Below are positions 9,787 through 19,124 of a stretch of DNA of 64,000 nt, piece after piece. The notes beneath the pieces are model-generated. The model was not told where the DNA came from and did no database searches. It saw only the letters and a list, made by a program, of their open reading frames with translations. Source of the DNA: Candidatus Auribacter fodinae (lineage in GTDB: Bacteria > Auribacterota > Auribacteria > Auribacterales > Auribacteraceae); assembly GCA_003599815.1 (NCBI GenBank), contig QZJZ01000073.1, forward strand, positions 14,556-78,555, in the 5' to 3' direction. Numbering within the stretch: the stretch's first letter is position 1; each line of letters opens with the position of its first letter. A program made the position numbers and the translations under genes.

Positions 9787-10162
9787 ATAGTGAAGGAAGT
9801 AGTTCCCTGACAGACTGTCTCAGAAAGTCACGAGTGTAATAATCATTATCGATAATGTTTCCATTCCAGACCACAATGTCCAGATCAATCGTTCGCGGCC
9901 CGTTTTTGTCAGCGGTTTTTACTCTGCCGAGTTTTTTTTCAATGCCTTTCAGTACTACAGTCAGATCATCCTGATTCATAGATGTTTTTATAAGAAAAGC
10001 GCCGTTTATGAAATCCGGCTGTTCGCTGAAACCGAGAGGTTTCGTTTGTACTAATGCGGACTGCCGTATAAACGTGACCTGTTCGCCGAGGAGGGAGCGC
10101 GCCTGTTCAATGTTGATGTACGGCTCAATATTTGACCCGACACTTATAACAGCGCAGTTCAT
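9785..10162 (-). CDS. folK: 2-amino-4-hydroxy-6-hydroxymethyldihydropteridine pyrophosphokinase (short form)
   Basis: Motifs ISVGSNI, KPLGFSEQPDFINGAFLI and GPRTIDLDIVVW match HPPK. Overlaps folB by 4 nt. Confidence 0.75.
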   Translation of the reverse strand: MNCAVISVGSNIEPYINIEQARSLLGEQVTFIRQSALVQTKPLGFSEQPDFINGAFLIKTSMNQDDLTVVLKGIEKKLGRVKTADKNGPRTIDLDIVVWNGNIIDNDYYTRDFLRQSVRELLPSL

Positions 10163-10512
10163 AGGTGTTTTACAGTTTTTGTGACGGATACGGAATCGGC
10201 AAAACGGACTGAGTGAGGCTTGTCTACCTCAACGGTGGCCGCGGTTACCCGCGGATCCGCGGTGCATATATCACATATCCGGGATGTTAATGTTTCCAGC
10301 AAAAAATAAGACGATTGCTCAACATGCCGGATAATGTTTTTCGCAATATTTTTGTAATCAACAGTGTCGGATATGTTGTCTGTTTCAGCCGCTTTCGAAT
10401 CATCGAACTCGATAGAGGCATTGATGATTATATCCTGTTGGTTGATTCTTTCGTCATTGTTAATACCAATAATGGCTCGAAGCCGGAGGTTTTTTATTTT
10501 TATGGTTGCCAT
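10159..10512 (-). CDS. folB: dihydroneopterin aldolase
   Basis: IKIKNLRLRAIIGINNDERINQQDIIINASIEFD, plus DTVDYKNIAKNI, is the typical FolB pattern. Confidence 0.8.
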   Translation of the reverse strand: MATIKIKNLRLRAIIGINNDERINQQDIIINASIEFDDSKAAETDNISDTVDYKNIAKNIIRHVEQSSYFLLETLTSRICDICTADPRVTAATVEVDKPHSVRFADSVSVTKTVKHL

Positions 10513-10523
10513 GTAGTACTCCT

Positions 10524-11234
10524 TTAAAGCGACTGTCCTCCATCAACAAAAATAAATTGTCCGGTAAGGTACTCATTCTCAAGCAGAAATAGCACTGCAT
10601 TTGTTATATCGTCTGTTGATCCTTTTTTGAGTAATGGGACAGAATTGATAAGATTATCCAGATACGATTCGTCTTTATCCGGCGGAGGCAATATCACACC
10701 GGGGCAAATACCGTTGACCCTTATATCCGGCGCGAGCTCAAGCGCCGCCATTTTTGTAAAATCTGCTAATGCTTTTTTCGAGAGTGTATATGCCGAGTAT
10801 ACGAAGCCGTTTTTAGAAATTTTGGTGTCCAGGAAGTTAATCACCGATCCTTTTCCGCTCAATCGGGCAAAATCACGAGTAAGAAAATATGGTATTTTGA
10901 AGTTGATAAGCATTTGCCGATCAAATAAGCTTTCTTCCGTGTCCACTAACGGCGCCCTCTCGAAAACCGAGGCATTATTGATTAGAACACTAAGATCAGG
11001 ACATGCTGTGTGTACTTCTTCAATCAGTGAAAAAACAGCGTTTTTATCGAGGAAATCGCATTGAAAAGCCTGAGCCCGTTGCCCGATATCCCTGATTGCA
11101 TTGCAAACGCCGAGAGCATCCTGACGGGAGTGATTATAGGTGATAGCGATATTGTAACCGTTTTTTGCAAGGGATAATGCGACTTCCCTGCCGATTCTTT
11201 TGGCGCCGCCTGTAATAAGAGCCGTACCTTTCAT
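10524..11234 (-). CDS. short-chain dehydrogenase/reductase, pteridine-reductase-like
   Basis: Start moved to the ATG at 11234 (GAGGAAA RBS). TGGAKRIG cofactor motif, NNAS, and Y-x-x-x-K (YTLSKKAL). Adjacent to folB-folK. Confidence 0.7.
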   Translation of the reverse strand: MKGTALITGGAKRIGREVALSLAKNGYNIAITYNHSRQDALGVCNAIRDIGQRAQAFQCDFLDKNAVFSLIEEVHTACPDLSVLINNASVFERAPLVDTEESLFDRQMLINFKIPYFLTRDFARLSGKGSVINFLDTKISKNGFVYSAYTLSKKALADFTKMAALELAPDIRVNGICPGVILPPPDKDESYLDNLINSVPLLKKGSTDDITNAVLFLLENEYLTGQFIFVDGGQSL

Positions 11235-11311
11235 GGTGTTTTCCTCAATGCATGTTGCTAAAATGGACTGCCGTAATTGTATACCAAATTCCTTAAAAGG
11301 GAAATTGAAAC

Positions 11312-11341
11312 TTGACAAAACGATAAAAAATACAGTAAATA
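11312..11341 (+). promoter_or_regulatory. candidate sigma70-type promoter for the sulfite reductase operon
   Basis: Perfect TTGACA at 11312-11317, then a 17-18 nt spacer, then GTAAAT/TAAATA. Confidence 0.35.
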
Positions 11342-11453
11342 TATGCTTTAAAGATGTTTTTCTACGGTACAGCGCTTACCAGACAAACCTATATTTAGCT
11401 TCCGGCTTAATCGTCTTTAAGCTATTCATGATAACCATGGGGGAAAGATACAT

Positions 11454-13130
11454 ATGCCTCAGAAACCTGATTTAACCCAGATAGAAATTGATAAGCTAAC
11501 CATAGACCCGAACATTGATTTCAGGGAAATTGCGGAACGCCCGTTCGAAAAAATCAGCAAGAACGAGCTTGGCATGTTTAAATTCAGCGGTGTTTATCAC
11601 CAATTGCAGACTGGTTTTTTCATGATACGCCTCAGGTTGCCGGGCGGACTGATGACCTCGGAACAATTGGAAAAAGCCGCTGAGCTAAGCGATCTGTATG
11701 CACAGAGCCAGTTGTGCATAACAACTCGTCAGACACTTCAGTATCACTGGATACGCCAGCAGGATATTTATAAAGTTATGGACGCGATGAAAGAGGTTGG
11801 TATCATCACTACAAATGCCTGTGGCGACGTAACCAGAAACGTTGTTGCCTGTGAGTTGCAGGGCGTGTGTCCGCATGAGGTGTGCGATACGCGGTCTAAA
11901 TTGCTTGAAATAGCTGACGACGAAGAGCTCCTGCATATACAGCGTAATTTGCCTCGAAAACATAAAATCAGCGTTGCTGGTTGTGGAAGAGCTTGCGGAC
12001 AGACACTTATGAACTGTCAGGGGTGGTATCCCGTTGTTCGTACGGTAAACGGCAGAGAAGAGATTGGATGGCGGTTTCATGCCGGCGGCGGACTGGGCGG
12101 GTTGCCCAGAATGGGACGGCTTATTTTTGACTGGGTACCCGATAACCTTGTATTGGAGGTTGCCCGAGCGTCGACGGAAGCGTTCAGGCGGCTGGGCGAC
12201 CGCAGAAATCGGAAGTACGCACGATTGAAGATCGTGATTGACCGTCTCGGCGCGGGTGACTACGGTAATGCTGTTTTGGAGATTATGAAAGACCGAGGTA
12301 TCAAAGGAATTGAAAAAATTGAAAAAGCCAGCGGGCTAAAACCGGATGTCGGGTACTATTTTGTTGACGGACAGCCTTACATAGAACAGAAACAAAAAGG
12401 GTTCTTTTCTGTTCGTGCAATGATTAAGCGTTCTGAACTCAGCGCTGATGAATCACGACAGTTTGCCGCATGGGCCCGGATATATGGTAATGGTGAAATT
12501 ATGTTTACCGCCCGGCAGAACCTTCACATACGACATGTGCCTGAGGCGAAAGTAGAAGCGCTTCGTACAGAAATGAAAAAGGCTGGATTCAGGGTTGACG
12601 GTTTTGAACGTATCCCGGACGCTGTCTCATGTGTCGGTACAACAGTATGCAACCTTGCCGTGTCAGATACTCCTAAAACATATCATGAAATCGTTCGTAA
12701 CTTTGCTGATGACAAGGAATTTTGGGATAAAATAGGCCATTTGTGCATTAATATGAATGGGTGCCCCAATTCGTGCGGACAGCATTGGATTGTAGATATC
12801 GGGTTGCGGGGCAGGCGCATTCGTAAATCGGTCGGGAGTGAGGAAGGGTTTACTGTGCATGTCGGAGGCGCTCTGACTGGTGAAGGCTCTATTTCCCAGC
12901 CTGTTTTTGATGTTCGCTCCACTGATGTTGTGCCCGCTTTGAAGTCTATGCTGGAGCTTTATCTGGCAGAGCGTAATGCGAACACTGAAACCTTTTACAG
13001 CTATGTTCATAGAATTGGTTTTGAGGAATTACAGAAGAAGCTTACCGCTATTATTCCAGGGACGGAACCTGTTAATGTTCGTAATCAGGAACTGAAGTCT
13101 GTATTTCAACAAATTGTGGATGAGGCTTAA
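11454..13130 (+). CDS. sir: assimilatory sulfite (or nitrite) reductase, ferredoxin-type siroheme/4Fe-4S hemoprotein
   Basis: Duplicated NIR/SIR ferredoxin-like halves. Cys cluster CVGTTVCNLA ... NMNGCPNSCGQHWIVDIG. Sits in a cys gene context. Confidence 0.8.
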   Translation: MPQKPDLTQIEIDKLTIDPNIDFREIAERPFEKISKNELGMFKFSGVYHQLQTGFFMIRLRLPGGLMTSEQLEKAAELSDLYAQSQLCITTRQTLQYHWIRQQDIYKVMDAMKEVGIITTNACGDVTRNVVACELQGVCPHEVCDTRSKLLEIADDEELLHIQRNLPRKHKISVAGCGRACGQTLMNCQGWYPVVRTVNGREEIGWRFHAGGGLGGLPRMGRLIFDWVPDNLVLEVARASTEAFRRLGDRRNRKYARLKIVIDRLGAGDYGNAVLEIMKDRGIKGIEKIEKASGLKPDVGYYFVDGQPYIEQKQKGFFSVRAMIKRSELSADESRQFAAWARIYGNGEIMFTARQNLHIRHVPEAKVEALRTEMKKAGFRVDGFERIPDAVSCVGTTVCNLAVSDTPKTYHEIVRNFADDKEFWDKIGHLCINMNGCPNSCGQHWIVDIGLRGRRIRKSVGSEEGFTVHVGGALTGEGSISQPVFDVRSTDVVPALKSMLELYLAERNANTETFYSYVHRIGFEELQKKLTAIIPGTEPVNVRNQELKSVFQQIVDEA

Positions 13131-13134
13131 TGCC

Positions 13135-15423
13135 ATGAAAAACATGTTTGAAGGGATAATAAAACAGGCAGAACAGCTTCTTAAAGAGAACAAAAATAAT
13201 GAAGCGATAGAACTTCTTCGCTGTAAGGAGTCCCCAAACGATGCGGTGTTGTGCTCGTTACTTGCCCGCGCGTATTTTCAGCGTGGCGATTCCAAAGGCG
13301 ACACGTATTCGGCGCACTTTTTCGCCGAACGTGCCGTACATCTTGGACATGAAGATAACCGTGTTCGCTCGATTCTTGCCCTCACATCGTTTCGTAAAGA
13401 AGAGTACCAGCAGGCAGTTGATATTTTCTCCCGTTATGTGAATTCATCATCTCCTTCTGCGACGCAGTTCATGTATGGAATGTCACTGCTCTACAATCAT
13501 CAGGCCGGTGAAGCGGTTGACTGGCTGAAACGTGCTGTTAAGCTGGATCAGCATAATGAGATGTACGCTAAGGCGTTGAAAATTGCTCAGGAACAGCGGG
13601 AAAACGGCGGCAAAATTGTTTTTGCAGAAGTACCTGAAGCGGGAGCTCAGCCTGATGCGTTATCGAAAAAACGGGGGCTGGCTGATTCACCGCAGGACTT
13701 TTACTGGTTATCGAAAAATATCCCGTGTCAGGAGGCGTGCCCGGCGCATACCAATATCCCTGAATACCTTCGCGCAATATATGACGGAGACTACGAGAAA
13801 GCGTATCTCATCAATTTGAAAGATAACGTGTTTCCTGCGATCCTCGGCAGAGTCTGTGCCCGTCCGTGCGAATCAGAATGCCGGCATGGATGGGACGGTC
13901 TTGGAACATCTGTGCAGATCTGTTTCTCTAAGCGTGCCGGAGCGGATTTACGTCAGGATAAACCGGTTATTCTGAATATATTGTATCCGCCGTCAGGAAA
14001 AAAAGTTTCGGTGATCGGTGCGGGTGTGGCAGGGTTGACTGCCGCTAGACAGCTTGCGTTGTACGGTCATAGTGTTACTGTATATGAAAAACATAACCGC
14101 CCCGGTGGTATGCTCAATCAGGGCATACCAATTTTCCGTCTGCCTCGTGAAATAATTGATCGGGAAATCGATCAGATACGGCAGTTGGGCGTTGAAATAA
14201 AATGCAATTGTGCCGTCGGTAAAGATATTTCTCTGGATACATTGATTAACACCAGCGACGCGGTTGTTATGTCCGCAGGAACGGTCCGTCCCAATATACT
14301 TAATCTGCCGGGCAAGGATCTGTCGGGAATACGTCATGGGCTCGACTTTCTGCTTCAGGTTAATGAGTTTGACGCAAGAGAGATAGGGAAAAACGTAGTT
14401 GTTATCGGCGGCGGTTTTACCGCTATGGATTGCGCCCGTACCGCCAAGCGGCTTGGGGCAGAATCCGTTAAGGTCTGTTATCGGCGGTCTACAAAGGAAA
14501 TGCTGGTCACCCCCGGAGAAATAGAGGAACTGGAACATGAGAGTATACCGCTTGACCTGATGGTTACTCCATGCGGATATAAGGGATCGAACGGGAAAGT
14601 CACACATGTCACTTTTATCAAAACCAAACTTGGCGAACCGGATGCCAGCGGGCGGCGAAAGCCTGTGGAAATACCCGGGAGCGAATACGACGAGCCCGCG
14701 GATACTGTTTTGCTGGCTACCGGGCAATTTCCGGATACAGCGTGGATCGGACAGTCGCTGTCGGATAAACTGGTTGATGATGACCAGTGGCTGAAAAGCG
14801 GCAAATCAGTCACGACGCAGGTCGGAAAAATATTTGCGGCAGGTGACTTCGCGACAGGAGCCCGTTCATTGATTGACGCTATCGGGCACGCGAAAGAATG
14901 CGCTCGGGCGGTTGATGCGTATCTTATGAATAAAAAACGCATTAAGGATGTGGCGCGTATCGTTGATGCGACCGGAACCGGCAGAATACGCGAGATGGAT
15001 TTCGTTGACTATCAGCAGATGCCTACGATTGATCTGGATAAACGCTCTTTAACCGCTGAAGTGGAAACAGGATTTGACAAAACTCTCGCGGTCGACGAAA
15101 CACAGCGCTGTTATCTCTGCCATTACAAGTATGAAATCGACAGCGACATTTGTATATATTGCGACTGGTGCATAAAGGCAAAACCGCGCCCGAACTGTAT
15201 TGTAAAAGTAAAGGAACTTATTCGCGACGAGCACGGTAGAATCACCGGGTTTGTCAGGGCTAAAGAACACGAGGATACACAGCTGATATGGATTAATCAG
15301 GAAGACTGCATTCGGTGCAATGCCTGTGTGGACGCCTGTCCGGTTGATTGTATCTCGATCCAGAAAGTCAGCCTTGACACCTGTCGTGCCTGCGACGTGG
15401 ATGCCGAACTCAACAAAGACTGA
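13135..15423 (+). CDS. TPR domain / GltD-like NAD(P)H-FAD oxidoreductase / 2x[4Fe-4S] ferredoxin fusion
   Basis: N-terminal ~190 aa are TPR-like. GltD-type Fe-S region: CQEACPAHTNIP...CARPCESECRHG. Dinucleotide folds: VSVIGAGVAGLTAA and VVVIGGGFTAMDCA. C-terminal: CIRCNACVDACPVDC. Confidence 0.7.
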   Translation: MKNMFEGIIKQAEQLLKENKNNEAIELLRCKESPNDAVLCSLLARAYFQRGDSKGDTYSAHFFAERAVHLGHEDNRVRSILALTSFRKEEYQQAVDIFSRYVNSSSPSATQFMYGMSLLYNHQAGEAVDWLKRAVKLDQHNEMYAKALKIAQEQRENGGKIVFAEVPEAGAQPDALSKKRGLADSPQDFYWLSKNIPCQEACPAHTNIPEYLRAIYDGDYEKAYLINLKDNVFPAILGRVCARPCESECRHGWDGLGTSVQICFSKRAGADLRQDKPVILNILYPPSGKKVSVIGAGVAGLTAARQLALYGHSVTVYEKHNRPGGMLNQGIPIFRLPREIIDREIDQIRQLGVEIKCNCAVGKDISLDTLINTSDAVVMSAGTVRPNILNLPGKDLSGIRHGLDFLLQVNEFDAREIGKNVVVIGGGFTAMDCARTAKRLGAESVKVCYRRSTKEMLVTPGEIEELEHESIPLDLMVTPCGYKGSNGKVTHVTFIKTKLGEPDASGRRKPVEIPGSEYDEPADTVLLATGQFPDTAWIGQSLSDKLVDDDQWLKSGKSVTTQVGKIFAAGDFATGARSLIDAIGHAKECARAVDAYLMNKKRIKDVARIVDATGTGRIREMDFVDYQQMPTIDLDKRSLTAEVETGFDKTLAVDETQRCYLCHYKYEIDSDICIYCDWCIKAKPRPNCIVKVKELIRDEHGRITGFVRAKEHEDTQLIWINQEDCIRCNACVDACPVDCISIQKVSLDTCRACDVDAELNKD

Positions 15424-15506
15424 CAGCAATGCAATCATTTTAAACCGTTTGACGACTGGAAAAGTCTCTAATATTCAATAGATTGATTGCTAAGGAGGTT
15501 TTAGCG

Positions 15507-16269
15507 GTGACAGACAGCAATGATATTCAGCAAAAAGTTTTGAGTTACAAAAAGCAATTTGAAAACAGTGATATCGAAACCATTCTCTTGTTTTTTCTCA
15601 ATCAATATCGGGGGAAAATAGCTCTCGCCTCCAGTTTTGGCGCGGAAGATCAGGCGCTTACGCATCTGTTATGGTCACTTGACCATTCCATTCGGGTGTT
15701 TACCCTTGATACCGGGCGTTTGAATCAGGAAACCTACGATGTAATGCAGGAAACCCGTATAAAATATAACATTCCCATAGAAATTACTTTTCCTGATAGT
15801 CAAGCTGTTACGGAGATGGTGAATAAGTATGGGCCAAACCTGTTTTATGAGAGTGTGGAGAAGCGGAAAATGTGTTGCGGAGTCCGTAAGGTTCAGCCGC
15901 TCAGAAAAAAACTCGCAGAGTTGGATGTATGGATCACCGGGTTGCGGCGTGAACAATCGGTAACGCGTTCTGATATAGCTGTTATTGAATATGATGAAAC
16001 ACATGATATGATAAAACTCAATCCGCTGGCTGAATGGACAAACGATCAGGTTTGGGCGTATATCTCTGCCAACGAGGTTCCGTATAACAAACTGCATGAT
16101 CTCGGCTACCCCAGTATTGGCTGTGCGTGCTGTACGCGTGCAGTCTTGTCCGGGCAGGATATCCGGGCAGGATATCCGGGCAGGCAGGTGGTGGTGGGAG
16201 GAACCTGAAACCAAAGAGTGCGGACTGCATATCAAGGATGGCAAACTGGTAAGGAAGAAAGGGCAATGA
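15507..16269 (+). pseudogene. cysH: APS/PAPS reductase (Fe-S type), frameshifted by a 13-bp tandem duplication
   Basis: GTG start at 15507 after AAGGAGG. Contains MCCGVRKVQPL and SIGCACCT. The annotated frame stops at 16208. The RAGRWWWE...ECGLH tail is readable only after removing one 13-nt repeat unit. Confidence 0.8.
16150..16184 (+). repeat. perfect tandem duplication (CCGGGCAGGATAT)x2 plus a 9-nt partial copy
   Basis: Read directly: 16150-16162 equals 16163-16175, and 16176-16184 repeats the first 9 nt. Confidence 0.95.
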
Positions 16270-17149
16270 TGGACCATCTGGAAAAACTTGAAGCGCAAAG
16301 CGTGTATATATTCAGGGAAGCGTACAGGGAATTCAAGAATCTGGCGATGTTGTGGTCGATTGGCAAAGACAGCACAGTGCTCCTGTGGCTTGCGAGAAAG
16401 GCGTTTTTCGGGCACGTGCCGTTTCCCCTTGTCCACATGACACATCGTTTAAAATACCCGCTATGATACAATACCGTGACGAAATCGCGAAAAAATGGCA
16501 TCTGAATATGGTTGTCGGGCAGAATGTTAAAGCGATACAGGAAAAACGGACGTTCCCGGACAGCGGTATACCGCGTATTCAGTGTTGCGGAAACCTCAAA
16601 ACCGAGGCATTAAAACATACATTGTCAGGCGAATGGCCCCGCATGAAATATGATCATAAACAGGGACGGTATGTGCAGGACGATAACCGTGACGCATATA
16701 CCGGAGTTATCGTTGGTGTTCGGGCTGATGAGGAAGGGAGCCGTTCAAAAGAACGGTATTTTTCTCCGCGTGATAAATCCAACGAATGGGACATCGGCGA
16801 CCAGCCGCCGGAATTGTGGAACCAGTTCAAAACCGATTTCGCACCGGGTACTCATTTACGAATACACCCGCTCCTTGACTGGACGGAACTTAATATATGG
16901 GAATATATCGACCGTGAAAATATACCCATTATCGACCTCTATTTCGATCATGGCAACGGCAAACGGTACCGATCCATCGGGTGCGCGCCTTGTACGGGCA
17001 CGGTTGATTCTACGGCAAAAAATGTAAAAGATATTATTGAGGAACTGAAAAGCGGTAAATTTTCCAAAATTGCCGAACGTGCCGGACGACTGCAGGACAA
17101 AGAAGACGGCGCCGGGCTGGAAAGCCTTCGCCGAGAAGGGTACATGTAA
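16266..17149 (+). pseudogene. cysD: sulfate adenylyltransferase subunit 2, split by a -1 frameshift near 16438
   Basis: The N-terminal part ([50 protein letters not shown]) is in one frame. The continuation ([15 protein letters not shown]...GCAPCTG...) is in ORF 16352..17149. Confidence 0.8.
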
Positions 17150-17173
17150 GAATCTAAGGAGTATATATACATC

Positions 17174-18979
17174 ATGGCGAACGAAACATCACGCGAACAG
17201 ATGAATATTGTTGTGGTCGGGCATGTCGATCACGGAAAAAGTACTGTTATCGGGCGGCTTCTGACCGATACAGGGTCACTTCCCGAAGGAAAACTCGAAC
17301 AGGTAAAAGCGACCTGTGAACGGAACTCAAAACCGTTTGAATACGCCTTTATGCTCGACGCTTTGAAAGATGAACAGGCTCAGGGTATTACCATAGATTC
17401 AGCACGATGCTTTTTCAAATCGAAAAAACGGAATTATATCATTATTGACGCGCCCGGGCATATTGAGTTTCTCAAAAACATGATATCCGGTGCGGCTCGC
17501 GCCGAGGCGGCAGTGCTGGTTATCGACGCCAAGGAAGGGATTCAGGAGAACTCGCGCAGGCACGGCTATATGGTGTCTATGCTTGGCATTAAGCAGGTTG
17601 TCATCGCGGTGAACAAAATGGATCTGATCAATTACGATCAGGTTCGGTTTGAGTCAATCGTGAAAGATTTTACCGCGTTTCTGAAAAACGTGAATATTGT
17701 ACCTCGGGCATTTGTGCCGATCAGCGCTCGTGAAGGTGCCCTGCTGATCGAAAAATCGCCGAATATGCCGTGGTATACTAAGTTGAGTTTGCTCGACACC
17801 ATAGATTCTTTTGAACTTGAAAAACCGCCCGAGGATAAACCTTTTCGATTTCCTGTGCAGGATATCTACAAGTTTACCGCGATGGGTGATGACCGGCGTA
17901 TCGTAGCGGGGCGGGTTGAGTCAGGCACAATATCTGTCGGGTCGGATGTGGTGTTTCTGCCGTCGGGCAAAAAGTCGTCCATTAAGGCGGTGGAAGGGTT
18001 CAATATTCCTGAAAAATCAAAAGCTGTAAGCGGCGAATCAACTGGTTTTACGCTTAATACACAGATATATATCCGTCCGGCAGAAGTGATGTGCAGTGCA
18101 GGCGAGCAGTTGCCGCTTGTGACATCGTTATTCAGGGCAAACGTGTTCTGGATGGGCCACCAGCCGATGATTAAGAACAAAAAATACAAGTTGAAACTGG
18201 CAACGGCGCAGACACCGGTCTGGCTTGTTGAAATAAAGAATGTGCTCGACGCCTCTGAACTGAGTTCCGTGGCGAATAAAGATGTGATAGAACGCCATGA
18301 CGTTGCCGAATGTATATTTCAGACGTTCAAGCCGATTGCCGTTGACCTCGCCTCTGATTTTCCCGCTACCGGGCGGTTTGTTATTGTGGACAATTACGAG
18401 ATCGCCGGGGGCGGTATTGTACTTGATACGATGGGTGTGGAAAATAAACTGCTGGAAGATCATATTGCCGCGCGTGAAAAGAATTGGGAACGAAGCGCCA
18501 TTACCACAGGAATGCGGTGGGGACGGTTTGGACAGCGTTCTACGCTGGTGCTCATTGCCGGCGAGATGAATACAGGTAAGATTAAGGTGGCTAAGGCATT
18601 GGAACAGGAGTTGTTTAATAACGGGCGGTTGACGTATTATCTTGGCGTGTCCAATACGCTTCTCGGTATTGATTCGGATATGAAAGTGCAGGGCGAGCGC
18701 GCGGAATATATACGGCGTCTGGGTGAAATAGCGCATCTGTTTACTGACGCGGGACTGATTTTAATCGCGACGGTTTCCGATTTGGATGATTACGAGCTGG
18801 ATGTCCTGTCTAAACTGAATAAGCCGAATGATGTCCTGATAGTGAATATCGGGGAGAAACGGTTGTCTCCCAATAAGGTTGACCTTGAACTGCCGGTGAA
18901 TCCTGACGCTGTGCAGGCGGTAGCAGAGATAACTGCATTACTGCAGAAACGCAATGTCCTTGTGGAGTATTATTTATAG
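17174..18979 (+). CDS. cysN: sulfate adenylyltransferase subunit 1 (GTPase) fused to a degenerate APS-kinase-like domain
   Basis: GTPase motifs [17 protein letters not shown] and NKMD. In the C-terminal ~170 aa, the kinase P-loop GLSGSGKST is replaced by GEMNTGKIK and LDGDNVR by LGVSNTL. Confidence 0.85.
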   Translation: MANETSREQMNIVVVGHVDHGKSTVIGRLLTDTGSLPEGKLEQVKATCERNSKPFEYAFMLDALKDEQAQGITIDSARCFFKSKKRNYIIIDAPGHIEFLKNMISGAARAEAAVLVIDAKEGIQENSRRHGYMVSMLGIKQVVIAVNKMDLINYDQVRFESIVKDFTAFLKNVNIVPRAFVPISAREGALLIEKSPNMPWYTKLSLLDTIDSFELEKPPEDKPFRFPVQDIYKFTAMGDDRRIVAGRVESGTISVGSDVVFLPSGKKSSIKAVEGFNIPEKSKAVSGESTGFTLNTQIYIRPAEVMCSAGEQLPLVTSLFRANVFWMGHQPMIKNKKYKLKLATAQTPVWLVEIKNVLDASELSSVANKDVIERHDVAECIFQTFKPIAVDLASDFPATGRFVIVDNYEIAGGGIVLDTMGVENKLLEDHIAAREKNWERSAITTGMRWGRFGQRSTLVLIAGEMNTGKIKVAKALEQELFNNGRLTYYLGVSNTLLGIDSDMKVQGERAEYIRRLGEIAHLFTDAGLILIATVSDLDDYELDVLSKLNKPNDVLIVNIGEKRLSPNKVDLELPVNPDAVQAVAEITALLQKRNVLVEYYL

Positions 18980-18984
18980 AGATT

Positions 18985-19019
18985 GTAAGGAAAACAGGCA
19001 TGCCTGTTCAGTTCCTTAC
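18985..19019 (+). terminator. strong hairpin immediately after cysN (no U-tract)
   Basis: GTAAGGAAAACAGGCA / TGCCTGTT(CAG)TTCCTTAC forms a 16-bp stem with a 3-nt bulge. Confidence 0.4.
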
Positions 19020-19075
19020 TTAAAAGAGAAACTGAGAGGTTTTCCCAATAATGACATCATCAAAACAAAAAAAAA

Positions 19076-19103
19076 GGGTTAAGCTTTTGGCTTAACCCTT
19101 TTT
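19076..19103. terminator. bidirectional rho-independent terminator between the convergent cysN and PEP-CTERM genes
   Basis: An A-run, then the stem GGGTTAAGC / GCTTAACCC with a 5-nt loop, then a T-run. Confidence 0.75.
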
Positions 19104-19124
19104 GTATATTATATGGTTAATAAA

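Noticed and set aside
13993-14727. 244-aa minus-strand ORF inside the GltD-like gene
   Set aside because: It is antisense to a gene with clear dinucleotide-fold motifs. Its product is low complexity with no motif. This is a typical shadow ORF.
15455-15475. Shared 13-mer GAAAAGTCTCTAA upstream of cysH and again at about 55818
   Set aside because: Dozens of 13-nt matches are expected by chance in a two-strand 64-kb comparison, and the flanks are not similar.
16352-16437. ORF 16352..17149 treated as an independent gene with its own start
   Set aside because: Its first ~28 residues ([17 protein letters not shown]...) are the out-of-frame translation of the CysD N-terminal coding region. The real gene starts at 16266 and is frameshifted.
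16425-16445. Programmed ribosomal frameshift in cysD
   Set aside because: There is no slippery heptamer or homopolymer at the shift site, and no obvious downstream stimulatory structure. A simple 1-nt deletion or a consensus error is more parsimonious.
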